Shown here: piece after piece, positions 38,205 to 39,717 of the stretch
Layout: each line of letters starts with the position of its first letter
How positions within the stretch are numbered: position 1 is the first letter of the stretch
Assembly (NCBI GenBank): GCA_041652215.1
Contig: JBAZHU010000001.1
Span: forward strand, 1 to 39,717
DNA: 39,717 nucleotides
Origin: Methanoregula sp.
Lineage (GTDB): Archaea > Halobacteriota > Methanomicrobia > Methanomicrobiales > Methanospirillaceae
Direction of reading: 5' to 3'
The notes under the pieces: model-generated
Seen by the model: the letters and a program-made list of their open reading frames with translations, nothing else
What the model was told of the DNA's origin: nothing
Database searches by the model: none
Position numbers and translations under genes: made by a program

Positions 38205-39716
38205 TTAGTTTTTGGGCTCGTCTTTCTTTTCCGCCCCGTCTTCTCCTTCCACCTGCATGCTCTTCATGGACGGGAAGAGGATCACTTCTTTAATCGAGTT
38301 GTTGCCGGTAAGAAGCATCACGAGCCGGTCGATCCCGATCCCCACGCCCCCGGTCGGCGGCATGCCGTAGCCGAGCGCGTTGATGTAATCGTAATCGATC
38401 ATCTGGGCTTCGAGATCGCCGAGCAGCCGTTTCCGGTCCTGTGCCTCGAACCGCTCCTTCTGGTCGAGCGGGTCGTTGAGCTCCGAGAAACCGTTTGCCA
38501 TCTCCATCCCGTAGATGAAGAGCTCGAAGCGTTCGGTAAAGCCCTCTTTTGTCCGGTGGCGTTTTGCGAGCGGCGAGTTCTCGACCGGGTAATCGTAGAT
38601 GAACGTCGGCTGGATCAGTTTCTCCTCGACCATGTTCTCGAAGAAGTACACGAGGAATTCCCGCTGGCTCCTGGGCTTATCAGATTCCTTGAATTTGTTC
38701 TGGACGGCAATTGCACGGAGTTCGTCAACCGAGTGTGCGAAGATCTCGATTCCCGCGTACTCTTTTACCGCATCCTCCATCGTGAGCTTGCGCAGCGGTT
38801 TTGCAAACGATATTGTGGTATCCTCGAACTTGAGCTGGTTCGTGCCAGTGACTTCCTTTACGAGCGTTTCAAGGAAATCCTCGGTGAGCCCCATCATGTC
38901 GTAGACATCGTGGTAGGCCCAGTAGATCTCCACCATCGTGAACTCGGGGTTGTGGTGGGTGTCGATGTCCTCGTTGCGGAAATTCCGTGCGATCTCAAAG
39001 ACCCGCTCGAACCCCCCGACGACAAGGCGCTTGAGGTAGAGCTCGGGCGCGATCCGCAGGAAGAGTTTCTGGCCGAGGCAGTTGTGGAACGTAGTGAACG
39101 GCCGGGCGTTTGCCCCGCCGTAAATCGGCTGGAGGATCGGCGTCTCAAATTCAAGGAACTCCCGTTCATTCAGGAACCGGCGGATGGACGAGATGATCCG
39201 GCTCCGGCTCCGGAATCCCTGCCTGCTCTCTTCGTTTACGATCAGGTCGACATACCGCTGCCGGTAGCGTTTCTCGACATCGGTAAGGCCGTGGAACTTC
39301 TCGGGTAGCGAACAGACTGCCTTCGAGAGCAGGGTGAGGGTGTCTACCCAGATCGTGATCTCGCCCAGTTTCGTGCGGAAGACGTGGCCGGTGACCCCGA
39401 CAAAGTCGCCCCGCTCGATGAACTGGTTGAAAAAGTCGAACGCCTCGTCACCAATGTCGGCCTTGCGGATATAGAGCTGGATCTTGCCGTTCTCATCCCC
39501 GAGGTCGGCAAAGATGGTCTTCCCGTGGTTGCGGATGATGTAGAGCCGTCCTGCGGTCGAGACGCTCTCAACGCTTTTCTCGTGGGTGATATCTGCGAAT
39601 TTCGTCCTGATGTCTGTTATGGTATTCTTCCGCTCGAACGTCGGGGGGTAGAGGTCGACGCCTTTCTCCCGCAGCGCACGTACTTTGTCGAGCCGGGTCT
39701 GGTCGAATGCAAGGAT
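38205..39716 (-). CDS. lysS: Lysine--tRNA ligase, class II (5' end outside the window)
   Basis: Continuous frame from the window end: RYRQRYVDL, LRIAPELYLKRL, FRNEDIDTHHNPEF, YGMPPTGGVGIGIDRL. Confidence 0.96.
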   Translation of the reverse strand: MLAFDQTRLDKVRALREKGVDLYPPTFERKNTITDIRTKFADITHEKSVESVSTAGRLYIIRNHGKTIFADLGDENGKIQLYIRKADIGDEAFDFFNQFIERGDFVGVTGHVFRTKLGEITIWVDTLTLLSKAVCSLPEKFHGLTDVEKRYRQRYVDLIVNEESRQGFRSRSRIISSIRRFLNEREFLEFETPILQPIYGGANARPFTTFHNCLGQKLFLRIAPELYLKRLVVGGFERVFEIARNFRNEDIDTHHNPEFTMVEIYWAYHDVYDMMGLTEDFLETLVKEVTGTNQLKFEDTTISFAKPLRKLTMEDAVKEYAGIEIFAHSVDELRAIAVQNKFKESDKPRSQREFLVYFFENMVEEKLIQPTFIYDYPVENSPLAKRHRTKEGFTERFELFIYGMEMANGFSELNDPLDQKERFEAQDRKRLLGDLEAQMIDYDYINALGYGMPPTGGVGIGIDRLVMLLTGNNSIKEVILFPSMKSMQVEGEDGAEKKDEPKN

Positions 39717-39717
39717 T

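Overview
Chromosomal window of a methanogenic archaeon. Gene content, gene order and GC-rich codon style suggest Methanomicrobiales, Methanoregula-like (inference). The core is housekeeping: thermosome, gfcR, nob1, prs, lonB-tldD-pmbA-bofA, a KaiC-like ATPase pair divergent from a type IV pilus-type ATPase/TadC pair, the complete A1Ao ATP synthase operon (H-I-K-E-C-F-A-B-D), pgk, rlmH and a 5'-truncated class II lysS. Two accessory zones stand out. (1) A ~2.3-kb mini-island in the 3' end of tRNA-Ser(CGA), bounded by a 13-bp direct repeat. It carries a tyrosine integrase broken by homopolymer indels, a RelE-type toxin-antitoxin pair and two small ORFs missing from the ORF track. (2) The region downstream of rlmH: an AT-rich type II-like restriction-modification pair, then a ~1.1-kb non-coding stretch with a hairpin-dense segment and two arrays of a degenerate palindrome at an exact 32-bp period (a solitary copy lies 22 kb away), then an orphan acidic ORF and two convergent lipoproteins with papain-fold catalytic motifs (transglutaminase-like and NlpC/P60-like). 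All calls come from reading motifs by eye; no searches were run.
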